Source: the human T2T-CHM13v2.0 reference genome, Homo sapiens. Taken from it: a DNA stretch of 64,000 bases. Position numbers and translations under genes: made by a program. The first letter of the stretch is position 1. Each line of letters opens with the position of its first letter. The notes below the pieces were generated by a model. It saw only the letters and a program-made list of their open reading frames with translations. It did not search any database and was not told the origin of the DNA. The stretch lies in NCBI RefSeq assembly GCF_009914755.1, contig NC_060934.1. The stretch is one strand, 5' to 3'. Of this stretch, positions 46,102 through 57,912 are shown one piece after another.

Positions 46102-48375
46102 AAATGGGTATGAATATTATCCCAAATGTACAGAAGAAGTAATGGGCACAGAGAGGCTAAGAAATCTACCCAAGGTCACAGAGGAGAGAAGCCAGACTCT
46201 CAACTCCAGCTGTCTGGCTTCAGAGCTGGCATTTTCAACCATGACACTAAGTGGCCATTATCATAAGCACACCAATATAAATTAAATTTCTCCATCCATC
46301 CTTTTCCTGGCGTGAGAGTGGAAGACAGAGAAACTGGGGGTTGGCTTTCCCTGGGGGAGGCAGCCTGGGTGTGGCCCTGCATTGCTTAGGAAGCAGCACA
46401 GAAGCTGAGCCCCAGAGATTGTGGCGGGGGACCTGAGAGGTTATTTGTTCCAGCTCTTGCCTTTATGGGGGTAACTGAGGCCCAGCATAGAGAAGGAATT
46501 TGCCCAAGGTCACATAGGGAGAAAAGTGGCAATGGAGGCAGGACTAGGTCCCAGGCCTTCAGAAAGTGCTACTGCTGCTGCTGCTGAGAACTGATACTTG
46601 TACAGTAGTTATTCGGTGCCAGGACTATTCCACATTAACATACTTAATCCTCTATGTGTGAGGCAGATAACATTAGCATTTTTGTTTTAAAGAAAATGAG
46701 GAAACTGAGGCACAGAGAAGTTATGAAACTTGCCTAAGGTCACACAGAGCCAGAATTTGAGCCCAGGTTCAACCAGGACACTATACGTCTGAGGCCCAGG
46801 GCAAGCTTCCTGTGTGGGCGGTGACAGAACACAACCCCCATTTTGCTGCGCCTTCCATTCTCCCACTTGAGACCTGCCTGGAGTGACAGTGGAGGAATGC
46901 TCTTCCCCAGGCTCACCCCACGGTTCACAGGAGGAAATGGCCTTCTGCACCAGTGGGTGTGCCTGCCTGAGACACCCCAGACCCAGGTGATAGGCAAGTG
47001 CACACACACCTCATCCCACAGCTAGACATGTCCCAAACTGGTACACAAATACACACAAACACAGACTCCAACCCATAACCAGATATATCTCAACCACACA
47101 CACACCCCCAGCCTATGCACCCAAACAAGTAAACATACCCTCACAGCACACAGCTATCATGACTCACACATGTGCACAGAACCCCACAGCCACACACGCC
47201 CCCAACACATAAACCAGGACACAACTTTCCCTGTCCCAATAGGCACGTGAGCAAGCACTTGTACACACAGAAACATACATATCATACAATTACATCTACC
47301 CCACTCTACATCCATCCACCACACAGGGGCACTCCCCTCAACCTATCCACAGGCCAAGGCACTTGGGCACAGGAGCCATTCACAGGAGCCACGTGTTACC
47401 TCCTACATCCCCAAGGGCCAGATGTACCCCAAGGTACAGCCACCCTGTCAATATGGCCAATCCACGTGTCAGCACGGATCGCTGCAGCAGTCTGTCCCCG
47501 CCCCCACTTCAGCACACACACAGCCCTAACTCCTAGGGACCACTCTCCCCCAGTTAACTACAGCCCGCCCACATCCAGGCGTTTGCCATTTGGGGAGCCC
47601 AGCCTCCCACTTCCAGAGACAATCCTGCTCTACCCTCAGCCCACAGCTCCGAGGGCTGGCCCGCCTCTCTCCCTGCCTCCACCCCCTTCCAAACTCTGGG
47701 CGGGCCCTGGCACCTGTCAGGCCAATGCGGGGGGCGGGGAGGGGGTTGGGGGGGTCGGGTCGGCCCCCTCCCAAGTGCGTCTCAGCTGCCAAAACGCGGA
47801 GCCCCCACCTCCGCAGCAAGGACACGCTCAGAGTTGGGGCAGGGAAGAAGGTCTGTGGTGCAGGCGCTAAAAACTCAAGTCACTCAAGGATGACCCCTTT
47901 TCAGTCCCGGTTCTCAATTTCACCTTCTCGCAGGAAAGCCCCGCGTCTCTATTAACCCTTCCATCACCGCTGCACCGCGAGAGGGACCGGAGAAGTCTTA
48001 GCACTGCGCAGCAGCGGCCGCCGCAGCCCGGGGGTGAAGGACCCGGCTGCTCACCGTGCGGGGGCCTAGCCCCTTCACGAGCCACCCACGCACTCCCCAT
48101 GCACCCACCCCCACACCCACTAGGGACAGCGAGGTAGCGGGAGCCCGAGCGAGTCGGTGGAAGGCGAACGAGGGTTCTAGGACCAAGGGTCTCAGGGGCC
48201 ATGGACTGAGGAGGGGCAAGTGAAGCGAGTACCCCTGGCCCGGCAGGACCCGTAGGCTGGCGTGCAAGGACAACCCCCCCCTCCCCGCCCCCAAGAAGTC
48301 CTCTGCAGGATCGGAGGGGCGCGTGCACGAAGCGGGAAGGAAGGCTGAAGGGAAAACGCCCGGAGGCTCCCTTAC

Positions 48376-48404
48376 CTGATTTCCTCTTGGAACTGCCATA
48401 GTCC
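48376..48404 (-). CDS. SH3PXD2A: SH3PXD2A (TKS5) 29-nt coding exon (probable exon 6), linker after PX domain: (E)DYGSSKRKS
   Basis: Minus strand reads tttcag|GGACTATGGCAGTTCCAAGAGGAAATCAG|gtaag with canonical AG/GT. The peptide matches remembered TKS5 ...PPKEDYGSSKRKSVWL..., and the phase (2 to 1) joins the next exon in frame. Confidence 0.95.
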
Positions 48405-48433
48405 CTGAAAAAGAAGCAACAACAGATAGACAT
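48405..48433 (-). CDS. SH3PXD2A: Putative alternative N-terminus MSICCCFFFR, 5' extension of the 29-nt exon (PX-less isoform)
   Basis: ATG at 48433-48431 in context taaccATGt (A at -3), in frame with DYGSSKRKS, inside a CpG island. Confidence 0.6.
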
Positions 48434-48819
48434 GGTTAGGGCCGGGCGCGAGCGCGGGGCTGCAGCTGCAGGGGCGCCCTCGGGCTGGCTGCGGTCGGTC
48501 CCCGGTGCCGCTGCTCATGTGATGCCCACGGCCGGCTAGCCGCGCGCTCCGCAGCCGCACGCACTGCGCGCCGCGCCCGCCCGCCCGCCCGCCCGCGGGC
48601 CCCCTGCCAGCCCGGCCCCCAGGCGCGATTCGCCCGCCCCGCCCCGCCCCGCCCCAGCCCGCCCCGCTAACTGGGGCTCACCTTCCCTAAGCCTTGGCGG
48701 GGAAGGGCGAGGCAGGTTCTCCTCACTTCCCAAACTGGGAAACTGACGCTCCGGGATGGCGCTCGCCGGAACCCGGCCCCTACCCAGCGCTGGGAGCCCG
48801 CTCTCCCCGCCACCGGAGC

Positions 48820-48881
48820 GGTTCACCTCCCAATTCTTTGCATGGCTTGCCCTAGCGATGCAAAGAATTGGGAGGTGAACC
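48820..48881. repeat. Perfect 24-bp inverted repeat with 14-nt spacer
   Basis: GGTTCACCTCCCAATTCTTTGCAT (48820-48843) and ATGCAAAGAATTGGGAGGTGAACC (48858-48881) are exact reverse complements. Confidence 0.97.
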
Positions 48882-50647
48882 CAGCCTACTCAGCCCGTAA
48901 GTCACTACTGAAATGTCACCTCCTCAACGTGTCTTCCTCAAAACCACCCGCCAGGTAATCACAGATTTGTGTGATCCTTTGATTAAAGTCTGCCCCTGTC
49001 CTAGACCCGAGACTCGCTGGGGGCCACTGTGGCTGCTTCCTCTCACTGCACGCCCCGAGAATGGCAGAGGCCATGGATAAGGTCCTTCTCAAAGGCTACA
49101 GCTGGGGAGTCGGGGTGAGGAGCGGGTAGTGGGGGGGACAGAGGATACTGCAAGGTTAACTGGGAGGCCAGGAACGGTAGGAACGGAAGTGGAGCTTCTG
49201 AGGAAGTGGGTTCAAATGCTGTCAGAGAAAGTAACTGCTGTGACCTTAGGCACTGCACCCTCCCAGCCTCCGTTTACCTGCCCTGCCCTCCAGCAAAGAG
49301 TCCAGACTCAAAGATGGGCAGATTTCCCAAATCCTGCCCTTGCTCCTGCCTTCCTTATCTCCCCACTCCTCCCACCCCCCTCCATTCACCAATCCTCAGG
49401 GGACTGGGAAAGGTGAGCTGGCTCCCTTAACCTGAGCCTCACATGCCCCTAAAGGCTGAAAGTTCTGTTCAGTGCTCAGGGAACAGTGGAGGGGCTGGCT
49501 GGGGCTCTCTCCGGAGTCCGAAGGAAATGCCTTCCATTTTCCCCAGGGGCCAAAGAAAATGCCAGTTGCTGCCCATCTTTGGTCGAAGCAAACTAGCCCG
49601 CTAGTCTGCCACTGGAAAGGCGGGGTTGGGGGGGTTGGGGGGATGCGGTGGAAGGGGGTTCTCTTGGAGGAAGAGGCAGCAGGCTCCCAGGGAAAGGAGC
49701 AGAGTCATCCTCATGGAGGCTCCCCAAGATTCCAATCCAGGAGGTCTAGGGGTGCCCTCCAACATTGGAGTGTTTATTAATCTCCAAGGTGATTTGCCTG
49801 CACAGCCAGGAGTGGGGAGCTCCCCCTCTCCTAGGCATCGACCTTTCCCAAAACTTAGAACCCACTTAATCAGAATGCTGGGGGCAAGGTCCAGGAATCT
49901 GCATTTCTGACTCTCTCCCCTTCCTTCCCCATCTTGTTTGAGAACCCCCTTGGTATTCCATGTCTCCTTCAATCCTCTCACCCACACTAAGAGGAAGGTC
50001 CTATCATCCTAATCCATTTTATAGATTAGGAAACAGAGGTTCAGCCATTGCCGAAGGTTGCCCAATCTGGGGAAGGGCTGTGGTTTATAAGCCCACTGGA
50101 AGGAATAAAAACTGCAGCGTGGATGGTGTGGAGGAGAATCTGGGAAACCGTTGCCTTGGAAAGGGACTACAGAAAGGTGGGAGAGCTTCCATTTGCCCCC
50201 TCCCCTGGCTCCCACCAGTCAGTCCAGGGAAGGCCTTAACAAAGGCATGCTTGCCCCCCTTGCAGAAGGAAGACTGGGCAGAGACTGAGTCCTAGCTGTG
50301 CCCCCCAAAAGCTCAACTGTGCAGGGAATTCCTGAGAGGAGGAGGAGAGTATTAGATCGTAGCTGTGTCCTGCCCAGAAGACTTTCCACTCCCAAGGAGG
50401 AAATTAGCTTTTCAGGCCTTTTCACTGAGGGCTACTGGGGAAGGGCAGGGAGTGAGGGCACTGAGGAGCTGCCCTCTGCTGTCCCACAATTTTCCTGCTG
50501 GTCCTGGCAGGAGAAGCCCAGGACTGATGGCCCACTGACCATCCCCCTGGCTGCCAGTAGCCCAGGCAGGGGTGGCTGCCTCACAGGAATGGCTGCCTTC
50601 TCCAGCTCTGAGCAGGTTGAGGCTACCCAGGCTGTTCCTATGAGACA

Positions 50648-50878
50648 GGGAGTTTGAGACCAGCCTAGGCAACATAGTGAGACCCCCTATCTCTACCAAA
50701 AATAAATTAGCTAGGCATGGTAGCAAGCACTTGTACTCCCAGCCACAAGGGAGGCTGAGGTGGGAGGATTGCTTGAAGCCCAGGAGGTCAAGACTGCAGT
50801 GGGCTGTGGTGGTGCCACTGCACTCCAGCCTGAGTGACAAGTGAGACTCTGTCTCAAAAAGAAAAAAAAAAAAAAAAG
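50648..50878 (+). mobile_element. 5'-truncated AluJ
   Basis: Starts at ggagtttgagaccagcc; right arm and poly(A) present. Confidence 0.88.
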
Positions 50879-53800
50879 AGTGGGGAAGACACAAAACTCA
50901 CATGCTTGGAGGGCCTCCTTTGTGCCAGGCCCTGGTTGGTGATTCTCAGCCTGCTATTCAATGGAATCATCTAGAAAGTGGTTAAAATTCAGATGCAGGG
51001 CCCCACCCCAACCTACTGCATGGTCTGCATCTCCAACAAACTCCCCTGGGGATTCTGAGGCTGCTCCAGTGTTGCATAATCTCCATCAGGCCTCCAGCCA
51101 CCCCTAAGAAACATTTACGCTCAGTAAGAACAACGTGCTTGTAGTGCTGAAGGAGCCTCTAGAAAATATCTCTTGGCCTGCCTGTCCTTCAGCCAGAGTT
51201 CAGAGTCCTCCCCACCGAGGACTTCCGGGTCCCTCCCTGCAGGGGGTGTGGGCTCTCCTCTTGCAGGTGAGAAGACCAAAGCTTAGAGAAGCCGGACAAC
51301 TTCCTCAAGGCCATAGTGAGTGGGTGAGACCAGGACTGGGGACCAGAAAACCCAGGCCTTGCTCTGAGGCTCAAGACAAATGCCCACTTACCACCCCTTC
51401 CTGGAGTAGTGGATGCAGGAGTAGAAGGCAGAGCCCAGAGGGCCTGATCAGCACATGGGGTTAATGGGGTGGAGGCTGAGGTCCTGGCAGTGGGGGTCAC
51501 CAGGCTGTGACTGAATGGTGGGAACGAAGAGGAATCCTGAATCCTTCAGGGTGTCTGGCCTGCCCGAGCAGGCGCTGCCCTAATAGGAGACCTTCTGGAA
51601 GTTTCCAGTTGGGCATCCTTTAGCAAAGCCATTTCATATTTTTAGCTGCTGAATAGGGTGATAAGCAGTTTAGGTATCCAGTGGCTGGGACTCTCCCATC
51701 CCTCACATACGAGGGCAAGACGCAAAGGCAGGGATCCCCCTTCACACCATGACCACTTCCCACTGCCCTATAACCAGTCCCAGTCTGGCAGGACAGCAGG
51801 GCCCTCTGCTGGGGCTCAGTTCCCTAACAACTCAAGAACCCCCCCTCTTCCCATCAGTCCCCTTCTCCAATCCACACTCCGTCCTTGCTCCAAGTCTTGC
51901 CCTGAGCTGGTGCTGACAGCCCCCACCCTGCCGGTGACTCCACTCCTGGTAGGTCACAGTCTAGCCTGCTTCCGACTTGCTGCTGAATCATATCGGCCAG
52001 GGAGCCACAGGAAGAAGAGGAGGGGAGGAAGGGCGGGGCTAGCATCTCCCTCTAGCGTTGCCAGAGGCTAATGTAATTGAAAAGGCCTCCCAAGCTGTGT
52101 CCTAAAACAGCTCCCATCAGACCACTCAGCCATTCATTCTCTGCAGCTGGTCCAGGGGTGACTCAAACCACAGGTACAGTGACCCACAGTCCCAGGAAAA
52201 CAGGGACATGGGACTTTCAGGGCTCAAACTGGACAAACTGGGATGGGTGATCTCCTGTGGTCCACAGGTCTGGCCTGGCTGGGAAAGAGGGGTGGAGTTC
52301 CTCCAACCAGCACTCCATCCCTCCCCATCTAAACAAGGACTCCTGGGGCCTCTACTCCCACCCCGCCCCATCCCCGGGTGATACGGTTCCTCTCTTGGCC
52401 CCTCCCCATAGGATGATGCAAGCTATGTTTGGATGAGCAGGTTCTGGAGACGGAGGCCTCCAGTTCAAATCCCTGCTGCTTGCAGTGGGGGCAGGGGGGT
52501 GCCCTTGATCTACTTTCTTGGCCTCTTGAGCCTCTACTTCTCTATCTGTAGAACGAGGACAATAATAGCACCAAACCCCTGGGGTTTGGGGAAGATGCAA
52601 TGTACAGTGTGTAGAAAGGGCTTCGCACAGTGGCCGGCACAGAAACTGCTATAAATTGTCTTTGTTGTTATTCTTTCATACCTGGGCCCATCTGACCCAC
52701 CTCAGTTGCTACACAGGTGGCAAAGACCTGTTTAAACCTGGGTCCTACAGAGCCCCTGAAACAAAAGGAGCTTCTCCTTAAGGACCTCACCACGATGCTG
52801 GCAGACAGTGCCAGGCAGGTGTGATTCCAGCCCCACTTTCAGAGTTTTGGGCTTTCGCAAATGCCAGAACAACCACTGGTCTCTGTCTAGCGCCGAGCAC
52901 CAGGAAGTGTGTTCATCCCTGACCCACAGGAATGGACGCACGCCTCTGGACCCCTCTATTAGGACACATTTAACCTCCCAAGGAGTGGCCAACTCTCAGA
53001 GCCCCAAAACCAAGAGATGTAAAGGGCTTGCATTTTTATGCTAATGTAGACCCGAAAGGGTTTTTCTTTTTTCCTTTCATTTTATCTTGGCCAGACACGC
53101 TGTGCTCCCTCCCCGGATGCTCTAGTGAAATGGCTGGTGTTGGAGACTGCACAGGGAGAGGCTGGTGGGGGCAGGAAAGGCACTGAACAATTCACATGTG
53201 TTGTTCCCCTGTTTTGACACATGGCTCCCCACACTCTGCCTTCCCCTTGAAAACTCCCAGGATTTATTCTTTGGTGTTCTGAAGTAGGCAGAGCAGGTGC
53301 TCACCCATTTCATGGATGAGGAGATTGAGGTCTGAGGCTTCAGTGGCTGGCCCAGGCTCCTGAAGCTAAACAGACAGCCCTGACCCACAATGCTCCAAAG
53401 GGGCCACGCTGAGGCCCACTAGGGATTTGGCCACAAGGAGAGGTCACACCAGCAGCGGGCAGCAGGCCCTCGCTGGGGAATGGAGATTGCCATCCTGCCG
53501 TTCAGAGTTCCCAGAGTGAGAGGTGAAGCCAGGAAGAGCCACTGAGGCACGGGAGAGAGAGGAAAGGGGGCTGGGCCTGGCTGGGCCGGCTCTGTGGAAG
53601 GGTGCTGAGTACCTGCCAGGTGGAGTTCTGCTGAATGCTGCAGGGTTGTACCCTCCACTGCCCGCCACACCCCTCACCACTCTCCCTCCCACTGGCAAGT
53701 GCCTTGGCAGAGAAGGACACACACACAAACTTCCAGCCTGATGTTCTCACCCTTCTGTCTGCCAGCTGACATTGGCTGCTGGGCCCAGGATGCCTGTCTG

Positions 53801-56288
53801 CGGGGCCTACAGCCACTGGGAACTGCTCAAGAGGCCGGCTGGGCTGCCAGACAGCTGACTTGGGGGTGACCTTCAGAGCCCAGCAGTCACTGGGGACATG
53901 GGCACTATCTAGAATATGAGGGCTGGAGAAGATGCAACCTTGGCCAGGGGAGTGACGTGGGGCTCTTGAGGTACATAATGATTTTGACTGCTGTTATCAA
54001 CCTAAAAGCACTTTTTTAAGCTCTCGCTGTAGGCAACCTCATTAAGGCCTGTGCAGGCAGGCAGAAGAGATATATGTGACATAAGTCCAACGAGAAAGCC
54101 AACATTCTCAGACAATCCACGCTGAGAATTACAGGAGGGGTTACACTCAGTGCAGAGAAAAGAGAGGTCCTGGGGGCTACAGAACATCCCAGGTAGCTTC
54201 CTGGAGGAGGAGGCCTTAAAGGACAAGGGGGTTTGGATCCATAGAGGGATGCAGGGGGAAAGCTCTACAAGCAGGAGCAAGCAGCTCCAAACAGTTGTGG
54301 ACTGGGCAGTGAGGGTAGTGGGTGGACGGGCCAGGAAAGGCAAGGCTGAGCAGGGCTTTGATGTCTGGCTGTGAAATCCAGAAGTTTGCAGAATTGGGGA
54401 GTGATTTGGTCAGATCCTGGCTGGAGGAAAATTTTGTTAAGAGGAGAGGTTGACAGCTGGGGGTTGGGGGCAGGAGAGGGGCTGTCAAAGTCCAGTGCTG
54501 AATGTCCACAGACCCGGGTTCTGGGCCCAGCTCTGCCCCCTCAGGGGCTGGTGACCCTGGACAAGCCACTTCAAACTAGTGCTTTTCAAATGACAGGCAG
54601 TGACCCATTAGTGAGTTTCAGAATCAATTTAATGGTCCCAATGAGCATTTTAAGAAGAACAGACTAGAAATGATCAGCGAGTCACCCCTGGCAAGGCTGT
54701 TTTGTGACACCTGCATCAGATGTCTGTCTGCGTATCGAGCTGCAGTGTGATATTTCCCACTGTGGCAGGAGCCCTCGGATTCCCCAGTCCTAACAGGAGG
54801 CTACTCTGAGTGTCCTCACAGGGCTATTGTGAGAATTCGAATTATCTGTGAAACCTCCATAGTGAGATGGAGCATGTTCTTCCAGAAACCAAGTGAGGAA
54901 GGTCTGAGCAAAGGGCTGGGCGAAGGGGCTTTGGGTCACTGAGGTCTGGAGAGTTGGGGTTTTTTTTCCACCCCTTAGCCCCTAGCTGGGTTTTTGTTCT
55001 GGCTTTTGAGAGCCTTTGCACGGAATGGCCTCCAGAGGCAGCAACCTCCAGGCAAGACAGACAGAGGGGCCTGCAGGCCATTCTCTGCCCCCATTTGCTC
55101 CCTGATCTAAATCGTGGCACTGAGGGCCCTTGTGTTTAACAAGAATCTGTCCTTTCTCCGCAGGGCCTGTGTTTTCCAGGGTTCTGAGAATGGACCCCAT
55201 TGTGACCATGTGGCTTGTCCAGAGGGGCCGGAATTCCTGCCCTGGGTGAAAAAGCTGAATTCCTGCGGAGAGAAGGGGTCTTGGGGCTCCCCAGGCTGCA
55301 TCCCAGAGAGGCCAGATGCTATGGCCATCATAGACCCCAGAACCCCGCCCCCCAGGCATTTTGTCTCCTGAACATCCCAGAGGGTCTCTGCTGCTGCCCT
55401 GTCCACAGCAAAAGAACAAAGCACCGTCTGTCTGTCTCCTCTGACTTGTTCCACTATTCTGGGCAAAGGCCCTAAGTGTGTCTTCAGCCACAGGACAAGT
55501 TTTACCATGTCCAGGCCTCAGAGCAGGGAGTTAAAAGGGCAGGTGGGTTAGAACCCTGGTTCAGCCACCTAGTGCTTTGTGATATAAACAAGTGACTTCA
55601 CCTCTCTGTACCTTCGGTTGTAAAAGGGGGTTAAAATAGTTGCTATCTTACAGAGCTGTCGTGGGGATTACATGGGATAATGTGCAAAGCTCTTAAATGG
55701 CATCTGGCCCATGGAAAGGACCCGTAGCCCAATAGCCTGGGTTCACAGGGGGCTAGACTAGGAGTGTGGATGGTGGCCGCAATGCAGGAGGTGCTGACTG
55801 CCTACCTTCTCAGTGTGGCCTGTGTGAGACCCTGGCTCTGTCACTCAGGGCACTGATGCAGGACCATGATGACAGACAGGCCTGGGTTCCCATCAGGTGC
55901 ATTCCAAGGAGTCCCACCTAGATGGTGACACTGAGCAGCAGTCCATGGGAGTGGGAGGAGGCAGGGTTAGGGGAAGTGGGGAGGATGGCAGGAATACACA
56001 GTTGATTTCTTAGAGGGCAAAATGGGGCAGGGGATTGCCAGTTCAGCCCACTGCCATGGAGTGCTAGGAGCTCCTCCTCAGGCCACCTGAGATCCTGCTC
56101 CCTGTGTAAATGCCAGACTGTTCTTGGCTATGGGGGTTCCCTGGACTTCCAGGGGCTACATGCCAGACCTAGGGAACCATGGGAGGGGGAGTGACAAAAT
56201 GGGGTGATGGGGTTCAACAATGAAGTCCCTGAGGAGAAGGTCAAGGAGGATATCCTATATTTAAAGACCTTCCCTGACTCTCTCCAAG

Positions 56289-57481
56289 TCCATCCATCAT
56301 CCATCCATCCATCCATCCACCATCCATCCATCCATCATCCATTTACCATCTATCCATCTATCCATCCACCATCCAGCCATCCATCATCCATCCATCATCC
56401 ATCCACTATCCATCCATCCATCCATCCATCCATCCACCATCCATCCATCCATCCATCATCCATTTACCATCTATCCATCTACCATCCAGCCATCCATCAT
56501 CCATCCATCATCCATCCACCATCCATCCATCATCTATCCATTCATCCATCCATCATCCATCCATTCATCCATCCATCATCCATCCATTCATCCATCCATC
56601 CATCCACCATCCACCCATCATCTATCCATTCATCCATCCATCATCCATCCATCATCCATCCATCCACCATCCATCCATCCACCATCCATCCACCATCTAT
56701 CCATTCATCCATCCATCATCCATCCATCATCCATCCATCATCCATCCATCATCCATCCATTCATCCATCCATCCATCATCCATCCATCCACCATCCATCC
56801 ATCCACTACCCATCCATCATCTATCCATTCATCCATCCATCATCCATCCATCATGCATCCATCATCCATCCATCATCCATCCATCCACCATCCATCCATC
56901 ATCTATCCATCCATCCACCATCCATCCATCATCCATCCATCCATCATTCATCCAGCCATCCATCCATCCATCATTTATCCATCCATCATTCATCCAGCCA
57001 TCCATCCGTCCATCATCCATCCATCCATCATTCATCCAGCCATCCATCCACCATCCATCATCCATCCATCTATCATTCATCCAGTCATCCATCTGTCCAT
57101 CATCTATCTACCATCTATCCATCCACCATCCATTTACCATCTATCCATCTATCATCCATCCATCCATCCACCATCCAGCCATCTATCATCCAACCACCAT
57201 CCATCCATCCTTCATCCAGCCATCCATCATCTATCTACCATCCATCCAACATCCATCCACCATCCATCCATCCATCCATCTATCCATCCACCATCATCCA
57301 TCCACCATCCATCATCCATCTATCCATCCACCATCATCCATCCATCTATCCATCATCCATCCACCTATCATCCAGCCATCCATCCATCATCCATCCATCA
57401 TTCATCTACCATTCACCCATCATCCATTCACCATCCATCCACCATCCATCCATCCATCATTCATCCACCATCCATCCACAT
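56289..57481 (+). repeat. ~1.2 kb degenerate (TCCA)n/(CAT)n simple repeat
   Basis: Continuous tcca/catc/cat units; sequence to the right resembles an L2 3' end on the minus strand. Confidence 0.97.
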
Positions 57482-57859
57482 CTTGACTGAAGGTCTGTTG
57501 TAGACCCAGTCTTGTGTATGAAGTAAGAGAGTGGCAGAAGACACACTGTCCTGCCCTCTTTTTCATTTTTTTGTCCATCTAGCTGGAAAGAGATGGCAAA
57601 CACCCACGAAAAGACAACATACAAGTTCCCTTGTGATCAGGTGCCCCAAAGCTTGGTCAAAGGAAACACTGTATAGAAATTTCCAGGACAGGGAGATCAG
57701 AGTGGTCTGGGGTGGTCAGGGAGGGCTATGTGGAAGATGGGGCACTAGAGCTAGCCCTTGAAAGATGAAGACTGTTTAAAAAGAGCAGAAGCAGGAAGGA
57801 GATTTGGGGTGGAAGGGATGGTGTGAGCAACGGTGCAGGGGCAGGAACAGATGTAAGCC

Positions 57860-57863
57860 TGTG

Positions 57864-57911
<48 letters not shown>
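57860..57911 (+). repeat. (GT)n microsatellite, ~26 units
   Basis: Direct read; one GC interruption. Confidence 0.97.

Positions 57912-57912
<1 letters not shown>

Larger units (their letters stand above)
47690..48830. promoter_or_regulatory. Intragenic CpG island / probable internal promoter around the 29-nt exon
   Basis: Very high GC and CpG density; tandem GC boxes (ccccgccc)n at about 48630-48666, upstream of the exon on the gene strand. Confidence 0.85.

Noticed and set aside
47867-48375. C-terminal ~170 aa of ORF 47867..48433
   Set aside because: Lies beyond a strong AG|gtaag donor; intron read-through in GC-rich sequence.
48820-48881. Hairpin as intrinsic terminator or known RNA gene
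   Set aside because: Eukaryotic context, no U-tract, and no tRNA, snoRNA or snRNA motifs that I recognise.
56204-57503. 428-aa and 216-aa His/Pro/Ser/Ile ORFs
   Set aside because: Translation of the (TCCA)n repeat, whose composition rarely yields stop codons; antisense to the gene with no sign of a promoter or splice structure.
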